Positions 27,471 through 41,722 of a stretch of DNA of 64,000 bases are shown here, one piece after another. How positions within the stretch are numbered: position 1 is the stretch's first letter; each line of letters opens with the position of its first letter. This stretch comes from Octopus bimaculoides. Lineage: Eukaryota. A program made the position numbers and the translations under genes. Under the pieces are notes generated by a model. That model searched no databases, was not told where the DNA came from, and saw nothing but the letters and a program-made list of their open reading frames with translations. The stretch lies in assembly GCF_001194135.2 (NCBI RefSeq), contig NC_068995.1:55194362-55258361 (forward strand), in the 5' to 3' direction.

Positions 27471-30400
27471 CGCGCAGCTGACTAATATCAATCATGAAAT
27501 GCAGAGTTCGTGTGAATTGCGGTTATAGTATACATCAGAATAGTATACATCAGAATAGTACAAAAAGTCCACAGTAGCGGACCAAAAGTATATGACCAAG
27601 TATCTTGACAATGAAAATCTGACTGACTGCACATGATTTCATCCTGACGAGAAGCGGGCGTACCGTCGGGACTCACCCTACAGCACCGAGTTCGTCTATG
27701 TGCCTTACTCTCGAATCAATGCATTATAGTGCTGCAAATCTGTTGACCACGAAAGAACAGTAAGTGCGATGGGCAGCAGATTGAGGCTATGGGTAAGATA
27801 CTTAATCACCTAAATGTAATGACCACGATAATTGTTAAATATGTTTCTGTCGGATTCAGCATTAGGTTATTTCCAAGACCAGGGATAGAATTTTTACCAC
27901 GTGTGTCTTATGCCACTTATGTTCTGTTACGAATTATACAGAGAAAAGTGACTGAAGAATTTCTTCTAAGAGGGAAGAATATTTTTTTTTTTAAATTGAG
28001 ATGAAATGATTAAGTGACAGTTTCTGTTCCTCAATTAAAAAAGGGTGCATCTTCTATTCCAAGAAAGTCTGAAATTATTTTGTCTCTGTAGCTGATGTCG
28101 CTAATGTAACAGTTATTGGGGGTGGTACAACTGCTCCTGTTTAAATAGTATGAGTTCAATATAGTGATGCAGAGAGGTATGTACACACAAAGGCAGATAC
28201 ACATAAAGACATACAAAACCGAATATATATATATATATATANNNNNNNNNNNNNNNNNNNNNNNNNNNNNNNNNNNNNNNNNNNNNNNNNNNNNNNNNNN
28301 NNNNNNCTACACCCACCTATTCATAAATACATATATATATATTCAAACAAATTACACAAGAAGAAAATTCTATTCCGAAAGGAAAATCCACTTTCTGTTA
28401 TCGAAGAGCAGTATCTGTTTATCATTTTATCTGGTATATTTATTGAATATTCTTTCCTCTTAACGGAACATAAGCGGTGCAGACCTTGATTAGAAATGAC
28501 ATAAGAGAAAGGGCTTTCTGTAATTAAACGATGTGGTTTTAACACTACATTTTCTAAAGTGCCTTTAAAATCTCCCTTAAATCCCTCATAATATCACCGA
28601 CGGCAAAACTGTGTCCGTAAAATGTGACTTTACTTCTGCTGCAAAATCACTCTTGCTTACAGTAACGTAACCTAAAATTGATTCAGTAAAACATTTTTAT
28701 ACGAAAACTTTATATGCACACATTTTTGTATGCTAACATTTTTTCCTCTATGTAATTCTCTCTTTGTGTGAGTGTATGCGTGTGCACATTGCGCGTATCT
28801 TTGTGTGTAAAACTCAGATTCTAAAAGCGTACACTCTTACTTTTACAGTAAAACTATTATTTGAAGATCGAATATGTATCATATTTAATTTTCACTTCTC
28901 CACAATGTATAGTATGCAAGTCTATATCGATAGATTGCAAAATTTCCGAACGAATTTCGCGTTTATTATATTTCGATGTCTCCTCTTTCCTTTTCCTAAA
29001 GCTCAATATAAAAACGGAGAAATAGTTTAAGTATTCAGTAAAAATTTTAATTACTTTAAACACACCTTCCATTTAAGCGTAAAAAATTAATTTGCAGAGA
29101 AATTTTTTTGTCAAATATGAATATTTTCAATACTATTCAAGAATTAATACTTCACAAAAGTAATAAATTTTGCCATTCATAATTTTAAACTGTTTTACTG
29201 AGCAATAGATTTAATTCTTGCGAAAAACAGTTTTAAATCTAGATTCACTAAAGAAAAGAAATTGTTGAAGATTTAATTTAAATGTAAACTTTTTCTTAAA
29301 TTCAATTACTGATTAAAGAGAAATTGTTTGCTACAATAATGAATCAACATCTTTGAAAATTCACTTGCAATTGTAATTTGTTGAAACTATGCAATAGTAG
29401 ATGGCCAGCTTTTGCGTGGTGCCATTACTTTTCGAAAGAGTAATAATTACAAATAAATGATATTCAGTATAATTTCGCATTTTACATTAGAACTAAAGCT
29501 CCGTGAGCCACATGTATTTTGTCTTAACGAGGGAGCAATTATTGTTTCCGGCACTTTGAACCGGTAAAAGAACTAGCGGTTTCTATCTAAATTTGTAGCC
29601 AATATAGTATGATAAAAGTCTATTTCAACCAATTGAATAATCATATACTTTACAAACACGTAGGAGGCACTGCTTGAACTGGTGAATTTACACTCTATGA
29701 TCTTACATTAAAAAGAATATGTATATCATAAGATAAACTGGACGCGATGGTCTTTGTTGTTTCGACTGCTGTTATTAGATGTGATGGTTCTTGATGGATT
29801 TGTTTTGACTATGCTTATACTTGCCTATAGGGCATTTGGAGATAAAAACAACAATTTCAACACAGCAATTCAAAATGATAATGGAATGACATAAAAATTA
29901 TTGATAATCTTCTAACAGGAAGTCTTTTATCTTAATCATATATTCATTCACAGTTTTACTACATAAAACATATACAATTAAAGAAGAGTGAAAAATGAAA
30001 TATTTTGTTATAAATATTTTGTTCATTTAATCATTTCAATAGTATTCACATCAAGGCTTTCCAGTAAAGCGAAGTTTAATTTATACTGTTCTTTCTGGAT
30101 TTTCACAAGGATTCCCTGCTTTTAAATTAATTGTTACTTAAGATTTGAATAAATAATATACCATACAACTTTTGCAGTATTTAGATATGGGTACTGAACC
30201 GTTCAAAGTGAATTGCGTTCGATTTAAACAAGATATAGAATATGCCAGAAGATTAACAATGAGTTTCAAGAGTTTTTGTGTTCTATTATATAACATTTAA
30301 TATAAGGTTTGTAGCATTTTCTCGTGGAGCATGATTTGTCCAGCAGAAATATTATGAACGCTGCTCTCTCTACAATTATATCGCTACTTACACAAGTCAC

Positions 30401-30673
30401 CTTACAGCTTCTTTTATGTTCGGCTAAGTTTCTAGAAAGGAAAAAAAAAGGCGCAATCTCCTTACTGGTTACCGAGTCTACAGTCAACACTCTTGAGGTA
30501 ATATGACATTTCTAACTTGTATCGTTCATTCGATAAGTGTTGAAGGTGTTTTCGACCCGACAATACTCAGACACTCTCCTCATTTCTCGCACCATTTCAT
30601 CCAGCAGCACATCGAGCGCGTGACATCTGGAGAAAAAGGGCCGCACCACAACTGGAATGATATTCATTTTCAG

Positions 30674-30840
30674 GCGAGTAAACTCGAACAATGTAAATTG
30701 AGGCACGTTCCCCTCAAGAAGAATCGAACCAAACAAATATACAATGCTCCATCTTTGGAATGTGGATAACGAAATTAATGTCACATTTTAAACCTGAGGT
30801 TATGAGCGATAGTGGTGTCAATGAGACCCAGAGGTATCAG
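30674..30840 (+). other. Candidate exon with possible start codon
   Basis: attcattttcag| ... CAG|gtaatg; all frames are closed from the acceptor, but ATG at 30778 opens MSHFKPEVMSDSGVNETQRYQ to the donor in phase 0. Confidence 0.2.
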
Positions 30841-31887
30841 GTAATGCTGAGTAAGTGCTATAAGGACAGACCATAGTTAAGCTCCAGGTTCGGTGATTAT
30901 GCGAATAAGGGGTCCAACGTAGGTCATATATCAGCGTGTGTATATAAAGATTTACTTTTCGTAATGAGATAAAAAAAAAACAAAGGCTGTTCCAAACTGA
31001 TTATGATTGACTGTATGGGAAAGAATTAAAGCTAATGTTGATGCCTTTGGTTGTATTGCACATGACAAGTGCTAATGCTTTCTGAAAGTGTCTTTTTACC
31101 TCCTGATGAATGATGTAGTAATATAAAAAACTGATTTTTTAAATCCCGTGTAATTTTGCAGGTTTGTCCAACAAAAACATTTCTTATATGTGAAATACAT
31201 TTTAAACCCTTTGCAAATATGTTTTCATTCGTTCTCGTTTGTTTCTCACTCAGAATGTTTCTCCATGCATTTTATTAGCTCCATCACATCAGAGTTAGAA
31301 TTAATTCTCGAGTGAACATTAACTACTAAATTGTAAGCCACATATTCTGCTCCATAAAGAACTAGAGAAGAGAAACACTCGAAATCCTTTGATTTATTAA
31401 GAATATGAGAAAATATCTTGTTTTCAACTCCCTTTCTTTCTACTTGAATTTATTTTATATGTCTTAATATTTCTACAGACGCTGCTATTATATAATATGT
31501 AAACAATTCGCCGTCAGTATTTAGATTTCTTTCCTTACCTAACAAAATACCTCTTACAGCACTTTGCTTGTAGCTTCATTATTAGACTGTATGTAGTCTC
31601 CAATATTAGTATCTTTCATGGCTTTGCTACCAAGTTAAATGTAAAATTGCTATAGAGTGAGGAATGTTTCCTGAGATATTGGCTACAAATGTTTACCGCT
31701 TTCGTACAGTATTATATTCACTATATGTTTCACAAACAAACATTCCCAACAAGAAATATTCTATTCTTCAAAGTACTTGTAATTTTCAAAATGTACAAAC
31801 AATTGCTTTCCGTTTTCTCCTGTGGCATTACGTGTTCATATCTACATACATGCAGACATGCAAACGTGTATATGTATATAGACATAC

Positions 31888-31921
<34 letters not shown>

Positions 31922-32369
31922 NNNNNNNNNNNNNNNNNNNNNNNNNNNNNNNNNNNNNNNNNNNNNNNNNNNNNNNNNNNNNNNNNNNNNNNNNNNNNNN
32001 NNNNNNNNNNNNNNNNNNNNNNNNNNNNNNNNNNNNNNNNNNNNNNNNNNNNNNNNNNNNNNNNNNNNNNNNNNNNNNNNNNNNNNNNNNNNNNNNNNNN
32101 NNNNNNNNNNNNNNNNNNNNNNNNNNNNNNNNNNNNNNNNNNNNNNNNNNNNNNNNNNNNNNNNNNNNNNNNNNNNNNNNNNNNNNNNNNNNNNNNNNNN
32201 NNNNNNNNNNTATATATATATATATATATATATATGACTCTGTGTGTGTGTATATATATGATATATACATATATTTAATTATATATTTACATTTATATAC
32301 ACACACACACATACACATACAAACACACACAAGCACAAACACATACGTATATGTATGTATGTAAATATG

Positions 32370-32403
<34 letters not shown>

Positions 32404-32840
32404 TGTATGTATATATGTATGCATGCATGTATGTATGACCATATTAATTCACAAAATGCCGGATGCATTGAAACATACTTGCTGGTAGGATCCTCTTTGA
32501 GATTCAGTGTTTCGGAACGGAAGGATATAGCTTCGATGTGCTGATCTGAAATCTGCTAGCCAAGAGTTAAAGACATATCGACATTTTATATTGATATCGT
32601 TGATCTATAGTCTTACATGTAATTGTACCCCAAAGTACTCCAATTCATTTCAGTATACGGTCAGTAATGCTGAGAGCATCTAAAATGTTTACGTTCTCTG
32701 ATAATACTAACAATGTATATGATGTAGATAATAATATGTGCAGATAACTTCTGATGACAGATAGCAAGCTGCTATTAACTACTGCAATACTTCCAAACCA
32801 TTTCAATATAAACCGAGCAACTTTGAGATATTCTAATAAT

Positions 32841-33130
32841 ATGTTTGGGCGCGCTGATAAACATAACTTCTACCAGGTAGATAATGATAAGTATAGACAG
32901 CTTCTGATAAATAATACGACTTAGGAAAATAAGAAAGTATACTAATGCTTAAACTTGTAAAGAAATTAGCAACGTGATAAAAGCGATAGCTAATAAAGTC
33001 GATATGAATAAGAGAATTGGATGTCTAGGTAAACGGAAGGCATTTATCACTTTAAAACATCACAAGTAAGATTTCGTTTGTAGTCTTAGCTATAGACATT
33101 TAAAACCAGCAAAAAGAAGAAATAGGTTAA
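32841..33130 (+). mobile_element. Penelope-like element reverse transcriptase N-terminal relic
   Basis: ADKHNFYQVDNDKYRQLLINNTT*ENKK...EISNVIKAIANKVDMNKRIGCLGKRKAFITLKHHK*DF...YRHLKPAK matches the PLE ADKTxNxY...AFITLKDHKxxF...CRLINPAK block; in-frame stops present. Confidence 0.7.
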
Positions 33131-33902
33131 TTATGTAAACAAAATATTTGGAAACATTAACATACTAACATTGGTAACTAAACTAAATTCGAAACTCAAT
33201 TAACAAATGTTTCTGTAACGTATGGATATATTTTGGGGCATACTCACTCAGTTCAACACCTCGATACCAAGATCGCATCAGATAACCTGGCTAAGATTTT
33301 GTAAACCTCGTTATAATATGCACGAGTAGTCAGTTCAGCAATGGCCGTAAATGTCCATTTAATCGAAAAAAAAAAAACAAAGCTGAAGACGTTGTTTATA
33401 TCGTATTTATTTTTTCTGTTCTATATACTTAATTTTTCCTGAAATTACACAGAAGGTATTTAATATCTTAGTGAGCAGAACTGTGGATGTAGTACTGACT
33501 ACCAGCCTAAATACATTCTTTTCAAAAAGAAAAATAATTAACCAATATTTATATTGGAAATGCTACACTGATGATGAGATGTAAGTAATTAAATACTTTA
33601 ATCTCGAAACGCGTCTGTGGCTAATCGGAATCGTGTTGATTCATTATTTATCTTTTTGTTTACATAAAAAAGAGTGTTTCTGTCTGGAAGATTCTTACGG
33701 TAGTAGAAAAGGAATTTTTAACACCTATTTCAAAATTTGGTATGCGGTGAAGCAATTAACTGACACTTACCTATAATTATTTTTATAATTATNNNNNNNN
33801 NNNNNNNNNNNNNNNNNNNNNNNNNNNNNNNNNNNNNNNNNNNNNNNNNNNNNNNNNNNNNNNNNNNNNNNNNNNNNNNNNNNNNNNNNNNNNNNNNNNN
33901 NN

Positions 33903-33940
<38 letters not shown>

Positions 33941-34393
33941 CATAGTTACCATTAATATTTAAATTACAAGGGATGCTAGTTATTTATGAATGTTGAAATT
34001 TGAGAAAATAACTTTGTGATCACATACAAGAGCAAAAAAATATTTTTTGTTTCTCGAAATTATTCTACTTGACTATATTTGAAGTATTTTGAATTTTCAT
34101 TTTTGGGATGCGCAAACACTGGCTACAAGTGAATGTCCTCTAATCAACGAATAAGCGTACTCTTGAGGCCACAGGATATTATGGAATGCGACATTAATTG
34201 ACGCATTGTAGTTGTACACAAATTAAACTTCAGAAACGAAATAGTTTGTGCTGTTGAGATCAAAGAGGATAACAATCATGGAAAAAAATGTATTGCCTTT
34301 TTCTGTATTTTCAAGTAGAGCTGCAAAATAAAATAAAAATCGAAAGAAATATTAAGAAATAGACATTATATATCTGTGTTGATTAAGAGAAAA

Positions 34394-34442
<49 letters not shown>

Positions 34443-35995
34443 AGGTGGAGAAAGGGAGAGAGAGAATGGGAGCAATAGAAAAAGAGAGAATGAGAGTTCA
34501 AAGAAAATGTTAAAAATGATATATTTTAATTAGATAAGGAAAGTTGAACGATTTTGATCATAATATAAATCATTATTTGTATGCTCTCTCCATACTTGCC
34601 GATTTGCATTAATATAGATTCATACGTAGAAACATACACACTCATATTACATCCAAACATCCAAATATATGTATATATTTTTTGTACAGTCACACATATA
34701 TATATATGCATGCCTTCATGTCAAATGCGTGCACGCGCACACACATATTTGACGAAGTGCGAAAATGCACGAAACTTTACCATTCTAATTATAACAGAAA
34801 ATTTGCACCATATTGTATTCTTAAATACTTTCAATACACGCTTAACATTTACTAAAATTATATAATCTGTATCCGGTCTGTAGTGTAGAAAAAACACTCC
34901 AGGCAGCTGAACTAAACACACTTCGAGTCCTTCATCACAGTTGTTTTAATAATCTGATAGTGATAGATACCCTCTCATAGGATAAAAATATCCAAAGATA
35001 AAAACAGGTTGAAAATATTGGCTTTCTATACCATAGAATCAATGTCAAGCAAAATACAAAATATTACAGTAGCTTTGAGTTGTAAATTATTTACAAAAAG
35101 TAAACTAAGAATTAAGGATATTCAAAAATATACGGATATAAAAGTGTAGAAACGGAATGTAAAATTCCAAAATGTACGTCAAAATTAAAACAAACGAATA
35201 TGAATGAAAAGACAAGTAAAGATAAATAAGAGATAAGGAAAACGAAATTTCGGCTGATGATACCCCGATCAGGCGATAAGGAGTACAATGCAAGGACCTC
35301 AAATACAGAAAATTAATTCGGAATAATAAACAAAAAAGGAATTAATAAAAATGAATTGCAAGGAAATAAAACATTACATAATCAAACATGTATAATTTAT
35401 GAAAACATGTATAAAAGCATAACATTCTAAAAATATAAAAATAAAATGAAAATAGGAAATATAATGTAGCGTATAATGAATAGGAATTCTGAAAACAGAA
35501 ATATAAATAGATAACCATGGAGGATAAATATAACAAAAGATTATATCAAACAAAGATATTACAGATAAGGCAAGAAAAGGCGTATCGCATTAGAGATAGA
35601 ACAAAGCAACTAATAATATATGTATAAAACTATTAGTATTATAGGGCTGTAGCCATTCTAAATTAAGTTATGAATAGAGGAGAGTTTACAATACTTCACT
35701 AAAAAATTCAAAACTCAAGTGAAGTTGTTGTTAACTATTAAAGATATTTATTGACTTATATAATATATGTTGTAGTGTCAATTCCGACACACAATTGATT
35801 AATAATATCAACATGTTATCCAAGAGAAGGAAAGCTGATAATGATAATAGTAATAAAAATAATTATAACACTAAAGACATGGTGCTTTATAGAAAAAAAA
35901 GAATAATTATAACAGCAATAATGAACTAAATTATAATTAATATGATTAATAAAAAGAAAAATAGATCGAAACAGACAAGATATAAATAGAATTAT

Positions 35996-36199
35996 TTATT
36001 TCTTTATTGCCCACATCGGGCTAACATAGAAGGGACAAACAAGGACAGACAAAGGAATTAAATCGATTACGTCGAGCCCAGTGCGTAACTGGTACTTCTG
36101 TAGTCGACCCCGAAAGGATGAAAAGCAAAGTCGACCTCGGCGGATTTTGAACTCAAAACGGCATTTCACCCGGCGTGCTAACATTTCTGCCAGCTCACC
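35996..36199 (-). mobile_element. SINE family B copy (internal deletion)
   Basis: Reverse complement aligns with 52475-52706 from gagctggcagaa to gggcaataaagaaataa. Confidence 0.9.
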
Positions 36200-37207
36200 T
36201 ATAAATTGTATTATTGCAATAATAACACCATTATTATTACAATAATACTTTGGTCAGAGTTACAGAATGGATGAAGCATATAAGTAAATAGTATATAGAT
36301 ATCTATCATTTACATGTATGATCTGATATATCATTCTTCACGTGAATCTTGCAACTAGAGTAAGAAAGGAAAGCACATCATAGCACTGAGTTGTGTGTCA
36401 TATAATCTTGGCCAAAGTACATAGGCTGGTTCAAATTTGTATTTAGCCGTTATGTGTGTGATTGTGTGTGTGTGTCTGTATGTGTTTGTTTCTGTGTGTA
36501 TGTCTGTGTGTGTCTTTCTGTGTATGTCTGTGTGTGTCTATGTTTGGTGTGGACGGTGGGGAAAGTGTATATACTTGCGGAAGTATGCACATATGGTGAA
36601 GACTTTACTCGGAAAATACTCGTAAACACAAATACCGAGACACTTGAAAATACTGAAGGAGAATATTGCACGTGATTCACTTGAATTTCAGTAAAGAAAT
36701 ATCAAAATTCAACCCAATTACGTGGCGAACATCACCACGTAATTAAACCGAAAAGAGGTTTTCGCTTCTTAGTTGATAATGATTGCGTAAAATAAAAGCA
36801 AGTATGGCGTTCGTGGTTGGTAGTGCTTTTCGCGAGTGTAGTGAACGTCATTAATGGACGATTCACAGCTATTAAATAATAATGATAATAATATATATAA
36901 CACACGTTAATATAGAACAGTGAGAACGAGTGCTCAACACAGCGTTAGTAGATGAGCATCTTTTATTCGTGAGATAACAAGGCTATAGAAATCTGTCAAC
37001 AAGTTTTCGAGATATTTTTCTCTGCCTAAGACCATTCGTAGCCATGGTAACCTACAGATAATACATGTTTGAGCGTGTATGTGAGTCTGTGTGTGCATGC
37101 ACGTGTGTGTGTATGTGTATGAGTATTTACAAATTAGATAAATAGATACATACAGATATATATATATATATATATAGATATAGATATCTATACATTTATA
37201 CACACAC

Positions 37208-37256
<49 letters not shown>

Positions 37257-37353
37257 NNNNNNNNNNNNNNNNNNNNNNNNNNNNNNNNNNNNNNNNNNNN
37301 NNNNNNNNNNNNNNNNNNNNNNNNNNNNNNNNNNNNNNNNNNNNNNNNNNNNN

Positions 37354-37404
<51 letters not shown>

Positions 37405-38203
37405 ACAATATTAAAATAAATAAGGATTACTCCGATGTTGCAACAGCATCACCTTTAATTCTGTAATTATACAGTGCCTTTTAAATCCAATACATGTTTC
37501 AATTGCACCGATTAGTAAACTATACACACGTGATAATCGAGGGATTACTGTGTGTATCTGTTATAATTGATCGTGTTCGTAAACATTGTTTTATTTATAT
37601 ATCCATATCATGGGAAATTCAAACAATTTACATATTATTTATTCGTGAATTTAGTGAGCATAAGCCGGATTCGTTCTCGATTTAGAAACTTTAAATATTG
37701 TTTTTTAATTCAGCAAGTGGTGAGCAAGTGTATAAACTCTGAGTCTGAGACGTATCAAAATTTAAAGTGTAACAATCAAAATGGTTGATTGACTGTTAAG
37801 AACAAAGACACGCGCACAAAAAACAGAAAAAGAAAAAAAAATGAAATTTGTTTGAAGTCCAGGATTCTAGACGCCAGCAGAATTTACTTTGATATTGTGG
37901 CGAAAACTGATAATATTTGATAATGACTTTTCACACATAATTTATAATTTTTATTATAAACAAGTTTTATTTACTTTGTAGCTTTTCAAGAAATACAATT
38001 CAAGACATTGCAGTTCTTTCATGATAGAAGAGGCGTCGAACATATAATCCTTGTAAGGACTGACAGCTTTGTTTATTTCATATCAATTGTTTCAAATTGT
38101 AGAGATTTTATAGAATTAAAATGCACCTTTTTAAAAATTTGATTTGGAGACATACTTCCATGTGTTAAATGAATAATTAAGAACGCAGAAGGAATCAACA
38201 TCT

Positions 38204-38265
38204 GAAAGGATGCATAGAAAAAGTGACCTCGGCGGAATTTGAAATCAGAATATATAGATGGACGA
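38204..38265 (-). mobile_element. Degenerate internal fragment of SINE family B
   Basis: gaaaggatg...gacctcggcggaatttgaaatcagaa matches the reverse complement of the B-box region of 52470. Confidence 0.6.
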
Positions 38266-38717
38266 TTCTAATAATGGTTTCAAATTTTTCTACAAGGGCA
38301 GCCATTTATATTATGGGGTCGAAAACCCTGGCCAAACGTAACAACACTTTCTTTATTATGCCTATTTACGTAAACATCGCACTTAAACTATTAAGAGCGT
38401 CCCTAATTTTTAACTAGGGCATTATTAGTAATCATAGTGACTTATCTAGCGGACTCACATAGCGTTATTTGTTATGATTAATGATACGGAATATTACTAC
38501 CAGATATAACTCTTTCAACTAACACCGCCGGTCAACTGGGCATTCTGCCCACTCACTGCTCCATTGATCTACTTGAAGCAACTGTACACACACGTGCCAT
38601 CTTTTAAGGACGCGAAAATGAAAGCCTAAAGACCTAACGAACCTCTTCGTTTTTCGTTTCCTTTTCTTTTCCCCTTTTATTTCTCCTGCCTACCTTCGAT
38701 CTCCTGTCCTTATTCTT

Positions 38718-38765
38718 CTGATGATGTCTGTTACATGGAACGAGATAAACTCAAGTTTATCTCAA
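38718..38765 (+). ncRNA. Possible decayed hammerhead motif with long stem III
   Basis: CTGATGA-TGTCTGTTACATG-GAAC then perfect hairpin GAGATAAAC-TCAA-GTTTATCTC; GAAA and UH positions altered. Confidence 0.25.
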
Positions 38766-40161
38766 CAATAATAAATTGAAACAGCTGTAAATGTTATCTT
38801 AACCATAATTAAACTATGATCATTCATTACTAATGATCAACTCCTAATTGCTACATGTTGCTCCATTTCTTCTCTTATCTTATATATATATATATATATA
38901 TATATACACTGATACAGCTTTGGGAGGAGGAGAAGAAAGTGTTGTGTTGATATAAGTTAAAGAACACTCCTTTTTAAAGAATTTCGTGTATGCATTTAAA
39001 TCTAACATATTAATTCAAAATTTACTTTTGTCTATATGCCTGTCCATATCTAGGCATAATTTAAAGTTGAGACCAATGTAAATAAGTTGAGTCGAGTCTA
39101 ACATAGTTCAATATATTTAAGTCATTAGAGTAATTGCGAAACGTAATGTATTATGAGCTGGGGAAAAATGCTAATTTCAAATTTAAATTATGTTGAACAA
39201 AAATCAATAATAAATTTAATACTTAAATTGAAATAATTATCTCACTGAAAAATNNNNNNNNNNNNNNNNNNNNNNNNNNNNNNNNNNNNNNNNNNNNNNN
39301 NNNNNNNNNNNNNNNNNNNNNNNNNNNNNNNNNNNNNNNNNNNNNNNNNNNNNNNNNNNNNNNNNNNNNNNNNNNNNNNNNNNNNNNNNNNNNNNNNNNN
39401 NNNNNNNNNNNNNNNNNNNNNNNNNNNNNNNNNNNNNNNNNNNNNNNNNNNNNNNNNNNNNNNNNNNNNNNNNNNNNNNNNNNNNNNNNNNNNNNNNNNN
39501 NNNNNNNNNNNNNNNNNNNNNNNNNNNNNNNNNNNNNNNNNNNNNNNNNNNNNNNNNNNNNNNNNNNNNNNNNNNNNNNNNNNNNNNNNNNNNNNNNNNN
39601 NNNNNNNNNNNNNNNNNNNNNNNNNNNNNNNNNNNNNNNNNNNNNNNNNNNNNNNNNNNNNNNNNNNNNNNNNNNNNNNNNNNNNNNNNNNNNNNNNNNN
39701 NNNNNNNNNNNNNNNNNNNNNNNNNNNNNNNNNNNNNNNNNNNNNNNNNNNNNNNNNNNNNNNNNNNNNNNNNNNNNNNNNNNNNNNNNNNNNNNNNNNN
39801 NNNNNNNNNNNNNNNNNNNNNNNNNNNNNNNNNNNNNNNNNNNNNTATATATATATATATGGGGTGGGTATATATAATTATTAGATATGAGGGTATTCTA
39901 TTTCAGATTATGCAAAACATAACATAACGAATATATCTGAAGGTAAACACGTAGTATCTATATGCACATCAAGAAATTATACTTTATGGATAAAACCAGT
40001 ATACCACCAGGTTATAAAATATACTTCCTTAATTATTATTATTAATTTCTATTATATATTTTGTATACTTGTAGATAAATACGTCTAATTAGATTAGTGT
40101 GTTTAAACGTTGCTTAGAGCTCTGGGTCTATGTTGTTTAGGCTACCTGTTGTCATCCTTAG

Positions 40162-40569
40162 TTGTCATGGGCCCCTCTCTGTATAACAAATCAATTTGCA
40201 AGTTTTGATCGGCTCAAAGCTATATCAGGCACACTGGCAGAATGTGCAACTGCGTGGAGTTTAATTTCGACGCAAAAGTCTTACCAAGCAACCACGGCTG
40301 CTCCTTATATATATGCATGCAGTAAAAGATATAAGAATGTGGTAATATGTTCCGGATATTTTGATAGAGACACAACAAGCGCAAACTTGACTGGATTCTA
40401 TAGGATTTCTATCAACAGATTCTCTCCCCGGTGATTAGTGGGCCCATAGCAATATGCGAAAACATTTGTTCAATATATCGAACAACAAGACTGAACCCGG
40501 AAGTACATGACTGCATAGCGAGTTTCTTAACCACACGCCTAGATGAGAAGAATTGTTTTAACTTTCTAG
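40162..40569 (+). pseudogene. Frameshifted BTB/BACK-like (Kelch-like family) fragment
   Basis: Frame 1 ...KNVVICSGYF...NLTGFY then a 1-nt shift at about 40402 into DFYQQILSPVISGPIAICENICSIYRTTRLNPEVHDCIASFLTTRLDEKNCFNFL; FLxxxLDxxNC is the BTB-BACK junction motif; flanked by tcatccttag| and G|gtaatt. Confidence 0.4.
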
Positions 40570-41678
40570 GTAATTATGTGCATGTGTATGTATATGTGTG
40601 CGAGTGTGTGTGGAAACTAGTCTATACAATATTTTTCTCTAGTAGGAAGTACTATGCAGATATATCTATAAGTCCGAATTACAATATATGGTGTATGTGT
40701 ATGAATTCTAGTTTGCAATTTTTTTTACAAATAAAATTATTCAATGCCGTTAGAAGCTTCTTAAATAAGTAATGTATATTTTAATTAAAATCTGAAAAAC
40801 ATACATCAGAGTAATTAGTGAAAACGAACAAATATATAACAGGAAATGTTGTACTTGCTAATGGTTGGGGGTGTAACATGTAACACATAAGGAATGGCAA
40901 ATTGTAAAAAGCGTATGGAATGAGTAAATCACACACGTTTATGGTAACTGCAATGCTTAGAAATTACTTATATTTTCGCCCGTAAAGAATTGAAGAATTA
41001 TAAAATAGCGGTATTAATTAAACTAATTAACAAGGTAAATAAATGGGATTGTACTTTTGGTTACGTGATAATTTGGCTGAGAAGTGTTATTTTTTTATGT
41101 GTAATGAGCTACATAGAGAGGATGATAAAATATAGAGTTTTAACGATGTTGGATTATTTCAGCATGAAGATGATATACCTGTAAGAACGATGAAGAATGG
41201 AGGTGCTTGAAAGTGCAAGCTCATATGTAGAAGGAATAGTAAATAACTGCTGTAAAAATAATACTTGGCTTTGAAGATACAAGTCGACAGCAATGGATGT
41301 ACACGTATAAAATGATATATCTACATATATACTTGCTAGAGTGAAAATTCCATACGAAAGAAATAATTTATTGTCTACTGTTTATGTTATTTCGTTATGT
41401 TTAAGCACAGACAGTTGAAATAGTTATAGCATATTTTATTTATTCATAAGATTTCATCTCATAGCTTACATAGTAAATTCTTATGACATAAACGTGCGCT
41501 TGGTGACATTGGAATTATGTAATATTAACATAAGGCCCAAAATCGCTTCCAAACAGAAACACAATACACACACGCACACATATAACCCATACGATAATAT
41601 GAATTTATACACGTACAAATAACGTATACTGTACATGTTTTTAAAATGTACACCTCTCACACACACACACATACATAT

Positions 41679-41722
<44 letters not shown>

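Noticed and set aside
30512-30784. Protein-like minus-strand ORF (ALDVLLDEMVREMRRVSEYC) with a strong acceptor
   Set aside because: No family motif and no good donor; the opposite strand is equally open, so it cannot be supported
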